This document shows positions 61,877 to 64,000 of a stretch of DNA of 64,000 bases, in pieces. Position 1 is the stretch's first letter, and each line of letters begins with the position of its first letter. Source of the stretch: Octopus bimaculoides (Eukaryota); NCBI RefSeq assembly GCF_001194135.2, contig NC_068999.1, forward strand, positions 2,366,046 through 2,430,045, written 5' to 3'. Under the pieces are notes generated by a model. That model was not told the DNA's origin. It worked only from the letters and a program-made list of their open reading frames with translations, and made no database searches. A program made the position numbers and the translations under genes.

Positions 61877-63400
61877 ATATATGTGTATATATATGAAATA
61901 TATAGATATATATATAAACACCAGCACGGCAGTTAACAGTCCTGGTTGAGGTGGTTTACAAGTACTTGCTTGTTTCTTCCGCACAACTTGGCCGTTTGGT
62001 TTAATTATTTCGTTGTTATTTGAGGAGGTTTGTTTGTGATATTCGTTTCTTTTTTTTTTAAATCCGAATTTGTTTTCTTCCGCGCACCAACTCAGTTGTT
62101 CTTTATGATCGATCAATCAATATCTGTGGTTTGTATCGTCAAGTATGATCTATCGACCTCGGTTGTTCTTCTTCTGCGAGCTTCCAGTAAATCTGTTACG
62201 CAGTTCCACATCGAAATAGAGAATCAGGCTTAGGCGAAATATACACTCACAGAGATCGGTTTCTGGCCGCTGTTTCGTATAAAATTGTAGCACTTTACAA
62301 GTTTGAAAAGTGATAGGTTTGTCAAAGTATGGAACACCTGCATGGAATGAAAAGAAAAGCTCTCAATTGAAAGTTCAACTGAGAATAAATAAATAAATAA
62401 ACAAAGAAACATAAAGTAAAAAGAATGAAGGAAAATGAACAAAGAAGAAATGAATAGAGAAAGAATGAATATTGAAACAACGAATAAAAAAATTCAAATA
62501 ATAAAGGAGAAAATATATATACTCGGTTTTACTTTTCTTTATTAGTTGAGTCAAAATTACCTTCAGTTGAAGTGCTGTGTCATCGATAAGGTGCGCGAGT
62601 TATCTATTAAATTTCTGTTATCATAGACACGTATATACATTCTTTTTTTTTTTTTTTTGTAAGGTAGTGTTAAAAAGCAAAATTAGAAAGAGATATGTGA
62701 AGGCAAACGATATTTAATATACTTTCCGTTTTCCTGTCAACTACAGGAGACAATAGTGAACAAACGCTCGAATTCACTGACGAGACCAGAATACTAGAAA
62801 CATGTACAGAATTGTCTTGCATGTTTTACTAGGAAAATTGAAAATATTATTCGTAAATTACCGATAATTCTTTTTTCCCCCTTTTTTTCTCGCTAGTGCA
62901 GAGCATTGAAGTGAATTCCATTTCGGTCATTTATTCCGTGTTTGGAATTCTGTTTCATTAAACTATTATGTGTAGCATTTCAGAATTNNNNNNNNNNNNN
63001 NNNNNNNNNNNNNNNNNNNNNNNNNNNNNNNNNNNNNNNNNNNNNNNNNNNNNNNNNNNNNNNNNNNNNNNNNNNNNNNNNNNNNNNNNNNNNNNNNNNN
63101 NNNNNNNNNNNNNNNNNNNNNNNNNNNNNNNNNNNNNNNNNNNNNNNNNNNNNNNNNNNNNNNNNNNNNNNNNNNNNNNNNNNNNNNNNNNNNNNNNNNN
63201 NNNNNNNNNNNNNNNNNNNNNNNNNNNNNNNNNNNNNNNNNNNNNNNNNNNNNNNNNNNNNNNNNNNNNNNNNNNNNNNNNNNNNNNNNNNNNNNTATAT
63301 ATATATATTTTACTAAGTTTGACTCAGTTTTGCATGACTTAAAGTTTGGTGGACGCGTAGTCAAAGTGTCGTACACACACGACACAATTTCCATTTATCA

Positions 63401-63858
63401 CAGGGGGTTCCCAGCCGGGGTCCACAGAAGGTTTAAGGGTCCACGAGTAAAAAATTGTAATTTGTGGGTCCATATATAAATTTTGTTTACTTGGAGAGGT
63501 TCCTGTATTTATTGAAATGTTCAAGATTTGTATTTGGAATTTAGGTTCGGCGAGCTGGCAGAAGCGTTAGCACGCCGGCCGAAATGCTTAGCGGTATTTC
63601 GTCTGTCTTTACGTTCTGAGTTCAAATTCCACCGAGGTCGACTTTGCCTTTCATCCTTTCGGGGTCGATAAATAAAGTACCTGTTGCGTACTGGAGTCGA
63701 TCTAATCTACTGACCCCCGCCCCCAAAATTTCGGGCCTTGTGCCTTGAGAAGAATATAAGGAAATTGTTTCATTGTTAGTTTTTACTAACCTACAAATAA
63801 ATATTCATATATAGGGTCCACAGATGATAAGATAGCAAAATAAGGATGGGAACCCCTG
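63401..63858. mobile_element. hAT-type MITE carrying a SINE (about 63549-63755) and itself inserted in another SINE
   Basis: TIRs CAGGGGGTTCCCAGCC and GATGGGAACCCCTG; degenerate 8-bp TSD ATTTATCA/GTCTATCA (6/8). Confidence 0.7.
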
Positions 63859-64000
63859 GTCTATCAAATCCACTCACAAAACATTGGCCAGTAGCCCAGG
63901 TCTATAGTAGAGCATACTTGTCCAAGGCGCCGCACTGTGAGACTGAACTCAAAATCACATGGTTGCGAAGCAACCATCTTATCAACAGAGACATGAGTAC

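Overview
AT-rich, microsatellite-laden eukaryotic draft scaffold with five N-gaps. The repeat families and (TA)n load look like an octopus or other coleoid cephalopod; this is my inference from repeat recognition, not a database result. There is no prokaryotic operon or CRISPR array. Four genes are supported. (1) TATDN1 (TatD DNase, + strand, 12 coding exons, 2887-15296, 298 aa). (2) TMEM214 (- strand, 16 coding exons, 36793-16315, 693 aa), convergent with TATDN1. (3) An intronless, divergent profilin (PFN4-like, - strand, 47291-46902). (4) BLCAP/BC10 (- strand, single coding exon, 61675-61424). All TATDN1 and TMEM214 exons were rebuilt by hand with GT-AG boundaries and consistent phases. Weaker signs point to two more genes: a divergent first exon near 1.1 kb and a candidate + strand gene at 48.7 kb that runs into a gap. 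The rest is tRNA-derived SINEs, RTE-LINE and mariner relics, hAT/mariner MITEs, Penelope-like ends and simple repeats. The best leads are: conserved A-to-I recoding codons plus a weak candidate stem in BLCAP; an upstream in-frame ATG adding a presequence-like extension to TATDN1; a shared 14-bp inverted motif at a head-to-head promoter; three degenerate hammerhead-ribozyme-like motifs; a SINE tail serving as a TMEM214 splice acceptor; several fold-back repeats; and an orphan 108-aa ORF with a weak PolB-thumb-like pattern. I found no convincing new multi-gene system.
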